A stretch of DNA of 64,000 nt, from the NCBI GenBank assembly GCA_013239625.1, contig MU054323.1, forward strand, positions 6,747,220 to 6,811,219, read 5' to 3'. The DNA is from Lama guanicoe. Lineage: Eukaryota. The position numbers and the translations under genes were made by a program. The notes below the pieces were generated by a model, which saw only the letters and a list, made by a program, of their open reading frames with translations, had not been told where the DNA came from and made no database searches. Of this stretch, positions 37,201 through 51,639 are shown in pieces. Each line of letters begins with the position of its first letter. The first letter of the stretch is position 1.

Positions 37201-40200
37201 GCACACAGTGTATGGTCAATATCAGATTCAAAGTATCCCCCCCTAAAATAGAAGATTTTAGAAAGCTTTGGTCTAGGATGATGCTGAGAGAGCAGTTGAT
37301 GGTGCTAGTGGGGGCCATGCTTACTATCTCTACTGAGAATATACATGGTGCCAAGCACTGCCCTAAGCTCTGGAAATACAGCAGTAAGTAAAGCATATCC
37401 TTCCTGCTCTCAAGGAACCTGTGGTCCACTTGGGGAAGGGGCTTTTGTCACATTAGGTTATACTTACAGTGAAGAGAAAGGGAATGGCACAAAACAGTGA
37501 TGGAAATGATGATTTGTGAGTTGGGGTGAATATCACTATTTATACATTTCTCTTTCTCTCATCATTCTTACTCAATGTGATGAAAAATTGTTTGAGTGGC
37601 TTATTTACATTCATAGTTTTAACTTGGTATAGTACGTTGCTCTGGCTTGGATTTGATATCAGTCAACAAAATTGTATATGTAGGAGTTGAGATTTCTTTC
37701 TATCTTTTTCTAGTGCCCCTTCCCAATAAAACAACATACTAAAAACATGGAAAGGAAGGACCACTCCAGTGGCAAAATTGGGATAAGAAAAAGAATGAAT
37801 AAGAATTCCTTGGCAGGGAGGAATGTGAATCTAGAAGAAAGAAGAGGATGTTGAAATGGATAATTGTAATAGGTAATACGATATCAGGAATTACAGGAAT
37901 AATGAAGTTGGTCTTTAAAAATATCTTCAAGGCAAGCAGTATCTCTGCATGTTCTGGCAGCCAGAAGAACGTGACTTGATGTAGGAGTACATTCTGATCT
38001 CCTGCAGCTCAGCTTGTACATCCATATGAAGACTGGTTTTTTGCAAGAGCAGTCCCTGACTAGAGCTGGGGAAAGTGGGGAAATTGATGTGGGTATTTGG
38101 AAATATTGGAAACCAGTTGTTGGGGGACTAAAGATCTTAATCTCTGAGGGGTAAGCAGAATCTAGAAAGAAAAAAGGAAAAATGAAATCATGTTTGTGAA
38201 AGTTAATTCTGAAAAAGATACTTAGGAAAGTTTGTAAAATGAGGTTGAAATTGTGAACATGTTTGCTGTGATAATAAATCTTAGTATACTAGGACTGGCT
38301 GAAACTCTGAAGAGAGAAAAGCAATTTTAGGCCACCCCTTCCCTGCCTCTGCCTTTTCCCCACCCCCCCAAAAAAACACAAACAAGCAAAAAACCCTTTA
38401 TGATACTGTCCCACAAACTTACGTAGAAATTTTCATTGTTTGGACCTTTACGGCATGAAGTTGGGGGAGGGTGGTAGACATACTGAATGTAAAAGCATGT
38501 AAGATCAGTGATTCTGGTGGTATTGGGATATGTTGAATTCCTGGTGTCTTTAGGGGGAAGTATTTGTGCCTTATTGGGGTTTATTTTAGCAAGGACTCTT
38601 GACCACCATTGGGTAATTTTCTAAGTTTGTCTTATTTTAAAGGGATTGTGATTGTTTTGTCAGGTTCAAAGAAATTCTCAAAACTAAACATTATGATCTC
38701 TTACCCTCAATTTCTGGTTTTCCTCTTACCTTTATTCATTTTCTCTCTCTCTTTTTTTTTTTATACTTATTCTTTCAGCCTTTAGTGATGTTAAATATGG
38801 TGGTGTTTCCATAATAGTACATTCTCCTCTCTTCATACATTTCTTTGGTCATCTTGCCTATTCCACTGTTGTCAATGTCATTGATTCCCAAAACCTTTGT
38901 ATCCCACTACTTTGGAAGTCAACTGGATTTACCTACTTGGATGTCATATTCATAATTAATGTGTACATAACTGAATTCATTGACTTTTCCCTCAGACACC
39001 TATCTCCTGTAAACTCAGTCTTGACTAAGTGGCATTAATTATACATCTAAACTCCCACAATAGGAAACTTGGTGTTTGTAGACCTTATTCAGAGAATATA
39101 ATCCTGAATGTAAACACAGTTTTAGCCAGAAAAATGCTTCATCATACCATTGTTTTTAGTAGCAAAAAAATCCAAGCTAATCTAAAGTCCTGCACCACTG
39201 CACTGCATAAAAACTGTGATATACAAATATGTTACAGATGACACAGAAGAATATTTAATAATATGAGAAGTTATGTATATATATAGTGAAAAATGATGCT
39301 CTTAAATAATATGCACACTATACTATAATTATTAAAACAAAACTATAAAAAAAACTATGTGTCTATATTTGTAGAAGAATAGATATACAAATGTTTGCAT
39401 TAATTCTAGATGAAATAGTTATGGGTGATTTTTGTTTTATTCTTTTTATTTATTTTCAAGACTTACACAATAAACACAAAAATTGTCATACATACAGACA
39501 ATTTGGCCTCTCTTTTTCACCCCCACCTCTTGCTGATTTAGTCCAGTGTCTCATTTACCCTGACTGTTGCTGCATTAGTCCACCTACTTGTTGTGTCAGA
39601 ATTAGATTATCACAGCACCCACCTTCCCTCCCTTGCTCTGCTGCCAGAGCTATCTTCCTGAAAATCTTAGTTCCTTGTATTCTTCCCTTGCTTACCTTTC
39701 CAGTTTAGGTAGCTAAATGTTAAATCTCCAAAGCCATCAAGAGTAGAGTAAATTTTGAATATTTTCTCTTATTACAGTTGAGTCTGAAGACCTTCAGCTT
39801 ATTGGAATTAGCTAACCCAAGACTTAATATAACATTTTCTCTTAACCCTAACCATGTCACTTTTGACCAGGGCATAGAGAGTTATGACAGATTGGGTTTG
39901 GCGGAAGAAAGGGAGAAAGTGGGAGGTAAAATATGAGTTGAACTCAGGGGTTTGCATATCTTTGCTCTGCTCATCATTTCTGTTCTACCTCTGCATCCTG
40001 TCAGACTTTGCCCTTGCTGGGTGGGGTTTTTTGTTTCTTTGTTTTCTATTCAAGGGACAGGTTATTGGTTTCCTTGAGTATTTAGTCAGTAAGAACAAAT
40101 AGCCAAATAATGAAAATCCATCAGTTTTAGTGCCAGTTATTATAGCAGCGAACCCTATTAGGAGTATTTATTGAAGCATGTGATGCTAATAGTCCCAGAG

Positions 40201-41514
40201 TGTAATTATACTTGCAGATTTTTCTTGTTTTCAAAGAGATTGTAACATGTTCCAGATGGTTAAATAGGAAAGGGTAGACATTTTGTACTGTCTTTTCAAT
40301 TATGATTAAGAATTTAATGTTACTTACTACTTACATTACATTATTGCTTTTGTTAGATCTAAACATGAAAGGAATTTAAACAAAATGTGTGTTTTTTAAA
40401 CTCTTCTACTATGGTCAGCAATTAACAAGAACTTTCCTAGATTCTTTTCCTTTGTTAAGTTGTTTAATTGCTTTAATTTAATCATCATTAAAATGAGATA
40501 ATTGCATCTTAAGTAGTAATTCATTTCTGAATGTAGTTCTTAATTTATTCTTGGAAAGTGTTCACTTGGGTTTTAGGCTTAAAATTACATAGTGAGCTTT
40601 CTTGAAAAATTTTCATGAGACTGAAATAGACTAATTTTCCAGACTATTGAAAGTTCTTTGACCTTTTCCACAAAGTAATATGACCCTAGATTCAAAATCA
40701 GTGGGACATCTCGTTTAAATTTTGCCATAGTAGTAGTGATGACTTTTCATTCATCTATTTATCTTCTCTTGTTTTTCATTAATGGAGCATCCAGCTACTC
40801 TCATTTGAAAGGTGGTTTACCAAAGATTGGGCATATAGTCTTTGGATTCAGAATAGAACAGTTAATAGATCATAGGGAACCAGACCCATAATCCTTGGCT
40901 TCATTATGACCTTGTATTAACCAATTTGCTAACTGGTTAGTTGACCTGAAGATATATGTTGTTTTTCAATAAGAAATAACATACTCTGTAATTCAATTTA
41001 ATACCCATATATTTTCATAATGTAATTATTGTGTTGGGGGGAGATAAATTGGTCTTGATCCTTAGACTACCATTCTCTGTCCTTGAAACTCTCCCCAAGA
41101 CTTCTTGCATACTAGAAAACAAATAAAAAACACACAAAAATATAATGCCCAAATTAATCTTTTGGTGGTGAATAATGTAGACTATTCCTAAAGATTTTGT
41201 TGGGATGAAGGGAGTAGTTTACATTCTATATCACCTGGCAAGATTTACTTCCTCTCAGTTGCCTTTAAATATCTTTGTTCATTCTCACACTTTCCTGTTT
41301 CTCATTAAGGTGCTACATCTCCACCTCTTCTTGACCTTCTCTCCCACAAATAACTTACCTTCTCAGACTTTTCAGATTCCTTGGTGTTTTTTACCTCATG
41401 CTTGCTTACAAATTCTTTACACTTTTTCCAGGTAAAGTTCTCATCCTTTCTTTAAAATTCTTTATAAATTCCTTCCCAGCAAGATCAGAATTAGCCTCAA
41501 CAAAGACTAGGAAA

Positions 41515-42092
41515 AGCATATTCTTAGCAGCACTATTTACAATAGCCAAGACATGGAAGCAGTCTAAGCATCCGTACATGGACGAATGAATGGATAAAGA
41601 GGATGGGTGTTGTACATACATGCACATACACAATGAAATATTACTCAGCCATGAAAAATAATTAGATATTGCCATTTGCAGCAATATAGATGGACCTAAT
41701 GATGATCATATTAAGTGAAGTCAGATGGAGGAAGACAAATATTATAGGATATCATTTATATATAGAATCTAAAAAAATGATATAAAGGAACTTATTTACA
41801 AAACAGAAACAAACTCACAGGTATAAAAAAACAAACTTATGATTACCAAAGGAGAAAATGGGGAGGGAGGGATAAATTAGGAGTTTGAGATTAACCAGAT
41901 ACAAACTACTGTATATATAAAATAAACAACAAGGACCACTGTATAGCATAGGGAACTGTATTTGATATCTTGTAATAACCTTTACTAGGAAAAAATCTGG
42001 AAAAGAATATATATAAAAGTAACTGAATCACTTTGCTGTATACCTACAATTAACACAACATGGTAAATCAACTATACTTTAATAAAAAAAAG
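41515..42092 (+). mobile_element. 5'-truncated L1 (ORF2 end + 3'UTR), older subfamily
   Basis: [17 protein letters not shown]; 3' end aatcaactatactttaataaaaaaa. Confidence 0.9.
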
Positions 42093-43622
42093 AGAGAGAA
42101 AGATTAACTGTTAACCTATTCATATTGTTGTAGTGTCATGGGAAGTAACTGTGATTATCCCAGTAGGAATGGTGCAAAGAAATTGCCTCTAACTCATCAT
42201 ACCTTCCTCCAGAGTGCAGCTTTACAGCTGAAAAAAACCAACATCACTCTCTGACATTATACAGAATCACAAGAAAAATACAAGAACTCTGACTTCTCTA
42301 TGAAAATAACATCTGTCATTAAAGATTACCTTTCTATTCACAGACTGTAACTTTCCTTATATTTTTGTGAGCAATAAGTGATTTTAACCTAAAATAACTT
42401 ATTTGGCCATTTATCTAAAAAAGAAAAAAGAAAAGAGAAGCATGTCCTTGGGGAGACACAGTTAATCTTGCTACAATAAACTGGCATTAAATTGGGATTT
42501 CCATTTTCATGACTTGTCAAATTTTATATAATTTGGTTTGTTTAGCATGTGCAACACGTATCATTATCAAGTTATTATTAACTGAAGGGTTACATGTATG
42601 TGATGAAATTTAGGCTAATTAGGGAAAATACCTCCCTGGGTTATAGTAAGAGATAACAACAGGGTATTTGAAAAACAGTACTACTTTGGATTCATGATAC
42701 TGTCTTTCAGCTGGTTAATAAGTAAGCTAGAATTTTTTCTTACCTCTTCTTTGCAGTACCCCAGCCTCTATCTCTTTTACCCACTCTCCTTTAATCATGA
42801 GGTAGTTATTGTGATTCCCATAATCTTGGAAGCAGAAAGGGTTTACTTAATCACCTGATCCCTTTCCTGGAATATGACACTTGAAACACTCATCTTGTAA
42901 TGTTTAGAAAATTGCAGTTATGGTACTTCAGTCCTCATCTTTCCTAAGGTTTCCTTTGTCTCCGTAATATACATCCGGTATATTTAAGATCTCTTTGTTT
43001 TTCTCTTTTCCCTTCGAACACTTTAATCACAGCACCCAGTGTTTAATTGATGTAGGTACTGTCTATAGATTCAGATTTCATTTTTTTTTTTTGGTGTGTG
43101 TGTGTATGTGTTAAGGCAACTTTCTCAGCAGAACTCATGAATTTGCATTCTCCATCGGTCCAGTTTGTTTCTGGTCTCTGTATTCCTGTATCCTAAGTGG
43201 CTATGTTAGGAATTAATACACACCTCAACCTCATTTCCCCAAACCTAATGTGTGACCTTCCTCTGTTAGCTGACTGTCAGGTTCTGTGTGCAGCATGATA
43301 GGTGCGTGGTAGTACTGGTGACAACTCTAGTACCCATGTGTTCTGGCCCATTAACTGTGGGAGAGGAAAATACTCAGCCACTCCAAGGAAGTCAGGCTGA
43401 ATCAGCTTAACTGTCTCTGTGTAGCAAAGTGGATGATGAATGTAGGAAAGGGAGAACCATAGAGCAGTTAGACCTCTTAGTGCACATTGTCCTCCATGTG
43501 CCATGTCCTACATGGCCAGTCATTAAGCTAGAATTTGACCTAAGTAACAATAAATTTTCTTTCCTTCTGGAGAGGAAGGAGCAAGGGTAGCTGCCGTGTT
43601 AAAGTTCCTGATCTTCCTGTAT

Positions 43623-43835
43623 TAGGGTTTTTCAGTGTCAGCACTGTTGATGTTTTGGGTCAGATAATTGTTGTGGGGGCTGCCCTTTGCATTATAGGAT
43701 GTTCAGCTTATGACCTCTGGCCTTACCCACTAGATACTAGTAGCATTTCCTACCCCAAACTGACAACCAAAAACATCTCCAAACATTGCTAAATGTTCCC
43801 TGAAGGGTACTGTAGGTCCCAGCTGAGAACCAGTG
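43623..43835. mobile_element. MER20 (hAT-Charlie MITE)
   Basis: gcactgttgatgttttgggtcagataattgttgtggggg...acccactagat...gacaaccaaaaacatctccaaacattgc...tgagaaccagtg. Confidence 0.85.
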
Positions 43836-44544
43836 CCCTACACTGAATGCACTTTGACTATAAGATGAGGACAAGTTCTTATAAGATTGATTGCTTTTTA
43901 TTTACATTTTTTTATTTTAGCAACTCCAGAAAAGTAGTACCATTTACATTCCTGACAACAGTGCTAGACATTGCATATTTCCTTAGACCCTCACCAGTCC
44001 TTTTTAAATTTTGTCAGTCTTTTCAAATCTTTTGCCTGTCTGATAGATGAGAAATTACTTTGCCTTAATTTTAATTTAATTCAAACAATTAATTAGATTG
44101 GCTGTACTTTCATTTTATTGTCCAGTTGCAAATCATCTTACATATATCACTTATGTTTGCTCTTTGCCTTTTTTTCTGGGGATGTTAACTTGGTCATTTA
44201 TGAGATTAATGAGATTGTTTTCATTGCTAGGAATTTTTCATTGTTTCATAGTTTGAAATGATCAGTTTCTTTATGGTTTCCAGCTTAAATTTGTAAGTAG
44301 CTTTATGTCTATGTCTTTCCTAGTAAATTAAATTTATTATGTCATATATAAGATACTCAATAGAGTCTTCAAATTTGATATAGAGGAATATTGGTACTTC
44401 TCTAAAGAAAGAGAAAATGTGCACATGCATATGAGTGTTCATGTGTGCATGAATGTGTGTTTATGTGTGTGTGTATACTCATGTGTGTTTACACGGGCAC
44501 TGAAGAAAAGAGGGCTAAGACTGAGCTGTTGGTTATGTCTGCAT

Positions 44545-44800
44545 TTACCAGACATTGAAAGGATATTGAGAAGAAGCTGATGACAACCAGTCGAGCATAG
44601 TTTCTGAGAATGCATCTGAAAGCTCAGAGAGAATATTGCTGTTAGGATTGGCGGAAGGTTCACCTTAAATCTCCCTAGCCAAATTCTAGAAATCCAAGCG
44701 AAAGATAAGGGTTCAAAGGATTAAAAGGAGTTAGAGGTGACAATTCAGAGCAGTTATATAGTAAGCGTATGGCTTAGACTTCACAGCAGTATCTAAGTAA
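44545..44800 (+). mobile_element. CR1/L3 LINE RT remnant
   Basis: gaagctgatg..ccagtcgagcatagtttctgagaa, gattggcggaagg and ccctagccaaattctagaa follow the order of CR1 motifs ELADVIAEPLSIIFE, DWRR and IPGKILE. Confidence 0.45.
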
Positions 44801-45033
44801 CATAGGCTTTGGGGAATCTGGTGTAGATTGGTGGGAGAGCCCAGCTTATATGGATTATCTGTTGAGCTTTCTTACTTTTTCTATTTTTAATCTAGGAATT
44901 TCTGTTCTTCAGTGTTCCTGGATGGCATCTCATCTTATTTTCCTTTTCTAAGCTCTGGAACCTTTCTTTGAAAGGATCTTTGCCTGCTTCCTTAAGAGCA
45001 AAGAAAGAGATAATAAGAAATATACACGTAAAG

Positions 45034-45840
45034 CAAAAATTCTCAAAATATGGTCTGTGGAACAAATTCTGCTCATGTTGCCATAACATAATACTACAGA
45101 CTTGGTGGCTTAAACAGCAGAAATTAATTTTCTCAGTGTTATGGGTACTAGAAGTCTAATATCAAGGTGCTGCAGGGTTGATTTCTGATAAAGTCTTTCT
45201 TCATAGCTTGCAAAATACCAACTTCTTGCTGTGTCTTAACATGACCTCTCTTCTATGTACTCCTGGTGTCCCTTCATCTTGTTATAAGGAACTAATCCTG
45301 TTGACTTAAGGCCCCACCTTTATGACCTTATTTAACCTTAAGGATCTTCTTAAACACCATATCTCTGAATATAGTCACTTTGGGTAATCAACATTGTTAG
45401 GACATCAACATACGAATTTGGGGGGAGGGACACAATTCAATCTCTAACAGAGTCCCCAAGACCTTTTCACGAGGTCCACAGCATCAGAATTGTTTTATTA
45501 ATAATACTGAAGTGTTATTTGCCTTTTATAATGTGTAGGTAGATATTTGCACTGAGAGTACAAAAGTAATGGAAGGTAAAGCTGGTGACTCACCCACAAA
45601 TCAAGGCAATGGTACCCAACTGTATTTGAAGTTACTCTCTTCTTCAGTGGTTTATATTTATAGTAAAGAAAAAAAATGGGTTATTAAAGGACTAGTAAAT
45701 GTTCTAAAAATTTCTCAGTTTAAATTTAATTTATAATGCAATAGATAGTGATAACTCATATAAATTAAGCCTCTTTGGAGTCCTCAGTAATTTTTTAAAG
45801 TGTAAAGGGGTCCTTCATCCAAAAAATTTTAAAACCACTG
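45034..45840. mobile_element. hAT Charlie1-like element interrupted by an MLT1 LTR
   Basis: ttctcaaaatatggtc at the left; gtccccaagaccttttcacgaggtccac resumes after the LTR; right end ctctttggagtcctcagtaattttttaaagtgtaaaggggtcct...aaccactg. Confidence 0.7.
45066..45449 (-). mobile_element. MLT1A-like MaLR solo LTR
   Basis: gccataacataatactacagacttggtggcttaaacagcagaaatt...ggggagggacacaattcaatctctaaca. Confidence 0.85.
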
Positions 45841-46381
45841 ATTTAGGGGAAAGAGGGGACATAATATATTACTAATTCTAGAAAACTTGGTGGTTAAGTA
45901 AATTTTTATTTCCTATCCTTGATTCATAAATCAATGAGTAGTTACTTTATAATCAGAGAAAATAAACATTTAAAAGTAGATAGGTTAAAATTCTGTATTT
46001 TCTTTAATAAATAAAAAGTAACTTAATGTGTGCATTTTCAGTTCCCAGTTGATTCATGCCCCCTCATTCCCCTCCCTCTTTGGTCTTTCTTTAGGGGAGA
46101 GGAGGCAGGGGTGCCTTCCTTAGCCCTGGCCCATTTACTTGGGATTTTGTTGATAATAGGTACAGCCCCTTTCTTAGGAAACTTATGCTAAATCAGGAAT
46201 CCAACATATAAACATAAAAAGTATTAAGTGCTTTACAAAACTACACAGAAGATTCTGAACAGGATATTTTTCAAAGAACTAAAAGCGACATTGCTCGTAA
46301 GAGGATTTTTGAACTGATTCTTGGGGTAGATGCATGAATTGACAGAAGGGAAAGGAGGGAGGTGGAGGAGTATCTATAGAG

Positions 46382-46710
46382 TAGGAGTTGGCAAACTTTT
46401 TCTGTAAAGGATCAGATAGTAAATATTTCAGGCATTGCTGGCCATGCAGCAGCTCTCAACACAGCCAGTGCAGTGCAAAAGCAGCCGTAGACAATAAATA
46501 AGTAAACAAAGGAGCATGCCTGTATTTCAACAAAATTTTGTTTATGGACACTGAAATTGAATTTCATATAGTTTTCTTGTGTCATGAAATATTATTCCTT
46601 TGATTTTTAAAAACCATCTCAAAATATAAAAGCCATTCTTGGCTCATGGACCACACAAAATTAGGTGCTGGACCCTATTTGGCCTGGAAACCATAGTTTG
46701 CTGACCCCTG
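46382..46710. mobile_element. MER58B-like hAT MITE
   Basis: TIRs taggagttggcaaac / gtttgctgacccctg; internal tttatggacactgaaattgaatttcatata. Confidence 0.85.
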
Positions 46711-46839
46711 GTGTAGAAGATCAGGAGGCTGGCAGTGGAAGATGAGTATCCTTTGTGGCTGAAGACTGGGAGATGCTCGTCATGTTGATTTCAGACAAGG
46801 TTGAAGGAAAAGTGAAGCTGTGTTAATGGCCATTTTTTC

Positions 46840-47545
46840 AAGGAACTAACTTTTGCTCATTTTCTCTCTTCCTTTTTATTGATCTCTGCTTTTGTTATTT
46901 TCTTTCTTCTGTTTCCTTTGGATTTACTTTACTTTTTTGTCCCTCTCCCCCAGCTTCTTAAAATAGAACCTGAGAGAAGCTTTTTCTCTCCTGGATATAA
47001 ACACTTAAATGCTTAAAAATTTAAGCTGTAAAATTCCCTTGCTTCTAAACACTTTCACTGCATTTTACAAATTCTTGTATAGTATATATATATATTTTTA
47101 ATTATCATTACATTTGAAACATTTTCAAACTTCTTTTTTCTTTTAATTTTTTTTTTTTACTTCATGGATTATTTAGAAATGTAATTTAAAATATTTGGAG
47201 TTTTTTTTCCCCCTAAATCTTATTGTAACTGATTTTTAATTTATTTCATTTGTGTTCAAACAATACATTCTGATGCTTAGTCTTTTAAAATTTATTTTGA
47301 CTTATCAGCAGACAGCCTCTCTTAGTGAAAGTACTACATGCACTTGAAAAATATGTTTGGGGGCATAGTTTTCTAAAAATGTCAATTATTAGGTCAAGGT
47401 GGCTGATAGTATTGTTCACATTTTCTAAATATTGATTTTCTTTTCAGAGGGACTTTGTTTCTTCTATCAGTTGCTGAGAGAGGAGTGTTAAACTCTCCAA
47501 CTGTAATGTGTATCTGTTTTTCTCCATTTAGTTGTCACTTCTATC
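46840..47545 (-). mobile_element. Old L1 ORF2 endonuclease-region fragment
   Basis: catgcacttgaaaaatatgt and ctgagagaggagtgttaaactctccaactgtaat (antisense of the IVG.FNTPLS motif). Confidence 0.7.
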
Positions 47546-48189
47546 TTTAAGCTCTGTTGTTAGTGACTGTGAAAATAGGAGACCTTGGATGCTAGGTAAC
47601 AGGAGTGCAAATTCTTTATGGAAACTATGGAAAGGCACTGTTGAGTGGTGACTAGGGGTGTGACATTTTGAACAGGGGGAGGTGGGAAATTGTTTAGCAG
47701 GATGCACTGTATGGGCAGACCAGGAGTAGAGGTTATACATGCTGCTGAAGTACCTCAGACTTGGATTGCTAACAGTGTCGAGTGTAATGATGATTTTGAA
47801 AAACTGAACCAGTTACAGGTTTGATAGGCAAGAAGGAGAAAGAATTAACAGTAGTTATTATTGAAGTGAATATTAGGAAATGCAAGAAGAGCGGAGTTAA
47901 ACAGTTCTAAGAAACTAAATAACTGGGAAAATAGTAGTGTGATTGCTAGTGATAGCAGTGTACTTAGTAGTGACTTTGAGGGATAGTGATGAACATTTTA
48001 TTTTTAGCTCATTTAATTTTGAGTGTTTGGATGACCGGATATACAAATATAGGCATCATATAGGTAATAATGAAAGGTTCACAATTAGTGAAAGAGGGTA
48101 AGATGTTCTTTCTGCTAAGTTTTTATTATACACATACTATGAAATCATTCATTTCTGAAATAATTTGGGGATTTAGTTTTTTTTATTTG

Positions 48190-48425
48190 TAGTCTCAGCT
48201 CAGATGTTACCCTCATATATAACCTCTCCTTAATCACTTAATCTAAAGTAGCTAGCTCCCCTAGTAACTCTACCTCAAGTTTTCTGGCTTTATTTACTAA
48301 TCTTCCCCTGCCATTTGAATATGAGCTTCAAAGATCAAGAACTTCATCTCTCTTGTTCAGTGCTGTACCCCAGCACCTTGTTCAGTGTTTACCGCATATT
48401 GGGCTCTCAAATATTTGAGGATTGA
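48190..48425 (+). mobile_element. L2 3' end
   Basis: gtctcagctcagatgttacctc...cttgttcagtgctgtaccccagcacc...ctctcaaatatttg. Confidence 0.65.
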
Positions 48426-49779
48426 GTGACTCTGTTATAAAAGAAATGATGTGTACTGAGTAAAAGAAATAAGAAGAAAATATTTTATTATTTGACTTAA
48501 AAATACCTTGCTAATGTATTACCTGTTTTTTAAGTCATAAGGATAGGCCTCTGGTTATTGTCTGTACCCCACCTCCCCCCCAAGATATGTCATGTCAGTA
48601 TATGGAAGGTTCTAGTTAAATGTAGTCACAAATTAGCATGATTATAATTTTGTATTAAAAAATGAAAGTACTTGTTAAAACCTTTAAGCACGTATGCTGC
48701 TCAGTTCTCTATTTTAAAAGGTAAAATATAATTTAGAAATATCATAAAAAGAAATGGAAATATCTAGATACAAATAGTTTTATCAGTTAACTTTAGTATC
48801 TATTCTTTGCTGCCCTTGAGAGGTACGAAGAGGCAGTAAGACCGTCTTTGTCATTTGACAGATATGGAGCAAATAGAGCCTGCACATAGAAAAATATGTT
48901 TTGCAAACACTCATCTGATGATGTATATTGCAGTTTTAACTGGTATTGAAAATGGTCTAACCTTTGCTTTATTTTAGGCCTTAGTAAAATGCCAACTTCT
49001 AAAATCCTATCTGAGCATTCTGCAGTAATTTTTGGAGATTTAGAATACTACCTTAGTTGGTTGTTGTTTTGTTTGTTTGTTTGTTTTTAGGGCAGTGAAA
49101 ATACTTATCTTTATTGTGGTGATGGTTTCAGTTTCACAGCTGAATACATACGTTGAAGTGGATCAACTTGTACACTTTAAACATATATGATTTAGTGTTC
49201 AATTATACCTCAGTAAAGTTGTTTATAATTTTAAAAAGAACATTTCATTAGAAATTAGAAGGCAAGGATGCCAGTCCTGGCTCTTATACAAAGTCTGTGT
49301 GTGCCCTTAGACAAGTCTTGTTTACTTCTATGTTTCTTTATTCTTTCATTTTACTTTTGATAGTCCTCAACAACTGCCTTTTAGTTTAGTAGAGCTCTTT
49401 AGAAAAGAACTAAACTCTTGTAGTTTAGGTGTTACATTTCATTTTTAGTCCTTTGAATGTGGACCCTGGTGTTTTGTCTTGTGGCAAAAAACAGAGAGGT
49501 AAATTACATTACAGAATGAAGTCACAGAAATGGGCATTCTAATTAGTAGAGACTAATCCCATAGTCTTACTGCTTTAAGCTTTCTTTTCTCCCTGTGTTG
49601 TCACCTCCAAAACTTTGCCTAATCCCTTATATTAATAATCTAGTATGCCCACCTCAATGCCACTGATACTCCCCTTGGGTTTGTTTAGAAAGATTTGTAA
49701 TGTCCTTTGACCAGTTTAATGATCCTCATTCTCCTTGAGTGTGTAACTGTACTACCATTGTTGAATTAGAACAGGTTCA

Positions 49780-50400
49780 CTAATTCCACAAATTAACATT
49801 TTAAAATGTTGTGTACCTACTCTATGCCAGTGAAAAAACATCTCTCTTGGGGGCTTATTGTCTAGGGAGGGAGATAAGCTGTAAACATATAATCACACAA
49901 ACAAGCATGTGAATAAAAATTATGAAAAATGCTAAGAAGGAAAAGAAAGTGCTATGAAAGTGTATTGGAGGGCTAATTTTGATTAGTGGAGTAACAGAAG
50001 TAGGATTTTAGCTGAGACTTGAATAGTGAGTGGGAATTGAGCATGTGAAGAAGATAAGAGGGATTATTCACAGCAGAGAATATATTGTAATGAAGGGTTT
50101 GGAGTAGGGAAAAAAGACTGGGGAGTAGAGAGGAACTGAGGACAGACCAGTGTGGCTAAAGCATAGTGTGTACAATGGAGAGAGTGGCTATGTTGTAAGT
50201 TTGGGGTTCTGTTGTGAGGTAAAACCTCATGGAAGAATGGTAAGCGGGAATAGGGTATTGGATTTGTATGCCTGTGGACTGATGATTTATTTTTGAAATA
50301 AACTAGATGGGGCTTGGTGATTGAGTGTTTATATGATGTGAAGTGGAAAATAATTTAAGGGTGATATCTGGGTTTCTTTCTAGTAGCAACAATTGGGTTG
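49780..50400 (-). mobile_element. L2 fragment
   Basis: gtacctactctatgccag...gggcttattgtctagggaggg...agctgagacttgaa...accagtgtggctaaagcatagtg. Confidence 0.55.
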
Positions 50401-50717
50401 GTGTGAAGATGCTTTTTTTTTTTTTAAATAGGGAAGAATCAAGGAAAAGGAAAATGGAGGAGTTTAGTTTGGAACTCCTTAATAAGTAGGCAGATGCTTG
50501 CAGGTGTGAAGCTTAGAATATAGCAAAAAACACTAGGAGCATTCTCTTGAGAATAAGTTGTCTCCAAAATAGATGTGTTTATAGTATATACAGAGTTAGT
50601 AGTATTGAAATCCACTAGTCTAGGCTTTTCAGAATTTATCTCTTTAATGTAAATGTAAAGATGGATGTAAGAGTCATTAATATTTTAGATTTAGTAGTTG
50701 ATATGCAGGCAGTTTTG

Positions 50718-51284
50718 GGTTTTTATAAACTTTTTTTATTGAGTTATAGTCATTTTACAATGTTGTGTCAAATTCCAGTGTAGAGCACAATTTTTCAGTT
50801 ATACATGAACATGCATATATTCATTGTCACTTTTTTTTCACTGTGAGCTACCACAAGATCTTGTATATATTTCCCTGTGCTATACACTATAATCTTGTTA
50901 ATCTTTTCTACATTTTGAAATCCCACTCTGTCCCTTCCCACCCCCCGCCCCCTTGGCAACCACAAGTTTATATTCTATGTCTATGAGTCTGTTTCTGTTT
51001 TGTATTTATGTTTGTTTTTTTTGTTGTTGTTTGTTTTTTTTTTTTTAGATTCCACATATGAGCAATCTCATATATTATTTTTCTTTCTCTTTCTGGCTTA
51101 CTTCACTTAGAATGACATTCTCCAGGAACATCCATATTGTTGCAAATGGTGTTATGTTGTAGGTTTTTATAGCTGAATAGTATTCCATTGTATAAATATA
51201 CCACATCTTCTTTATCTAGTCATCTGTTGATGGACATTTAGATTGTTTCCATGTCCTGGCTATTGTAAACAGTGCTGCTATGAA
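50718..51284 (-). mobile_element. Young 5'-truncated L1 of the same subfamily as the full-length copy
   Basis: Closely matches 15880-16408; intact AATAAA; TSD cagttttg at 50710-50717 and 51285-51292. Confidence 0.93.
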
Positions 51285-51639
51285 CAGTTTTGCTTCTAAG
51301 GCTATAATCTGCCCTTTAAAAAAAAAAGAGGAGCAAGAAATAGAAATTAAGATACAATAGTATTCTGGATTGGCTTCTTACTGTACTTTAAAAAAATTTA
51401 TTTTCTTTAAAATGTAGAATTTAAGTATTAATATCTCCCTAGAAGCAGAATGAGAATTAAAAATAAAAGCCGTGTGAAAGTACGTAAAATTTCCTAGATA
51501 TATATTACTGAAACAAATAATTAAAGAAATATATGATACTTAAGTGTGGCAAAAACTAAGGGAAAACATGCTGGCTACCATCATTTATTGGAAGGGTGGC
51601 TGCCAAGTAGAAGAGATATTAAACTTGGTTGACTGTGGT

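Noticed and set aside
37570..37640. Box C-like TGATGA motifs (also about 12513, 42601 and 48917)
   Set aside because: No paired box D with a terminal stem; not supportable as snoRNAs.
43270..43580. Moderately GC-rich segment that might be ERV internal sequence
   Set aside because: No motif I could match confidently.
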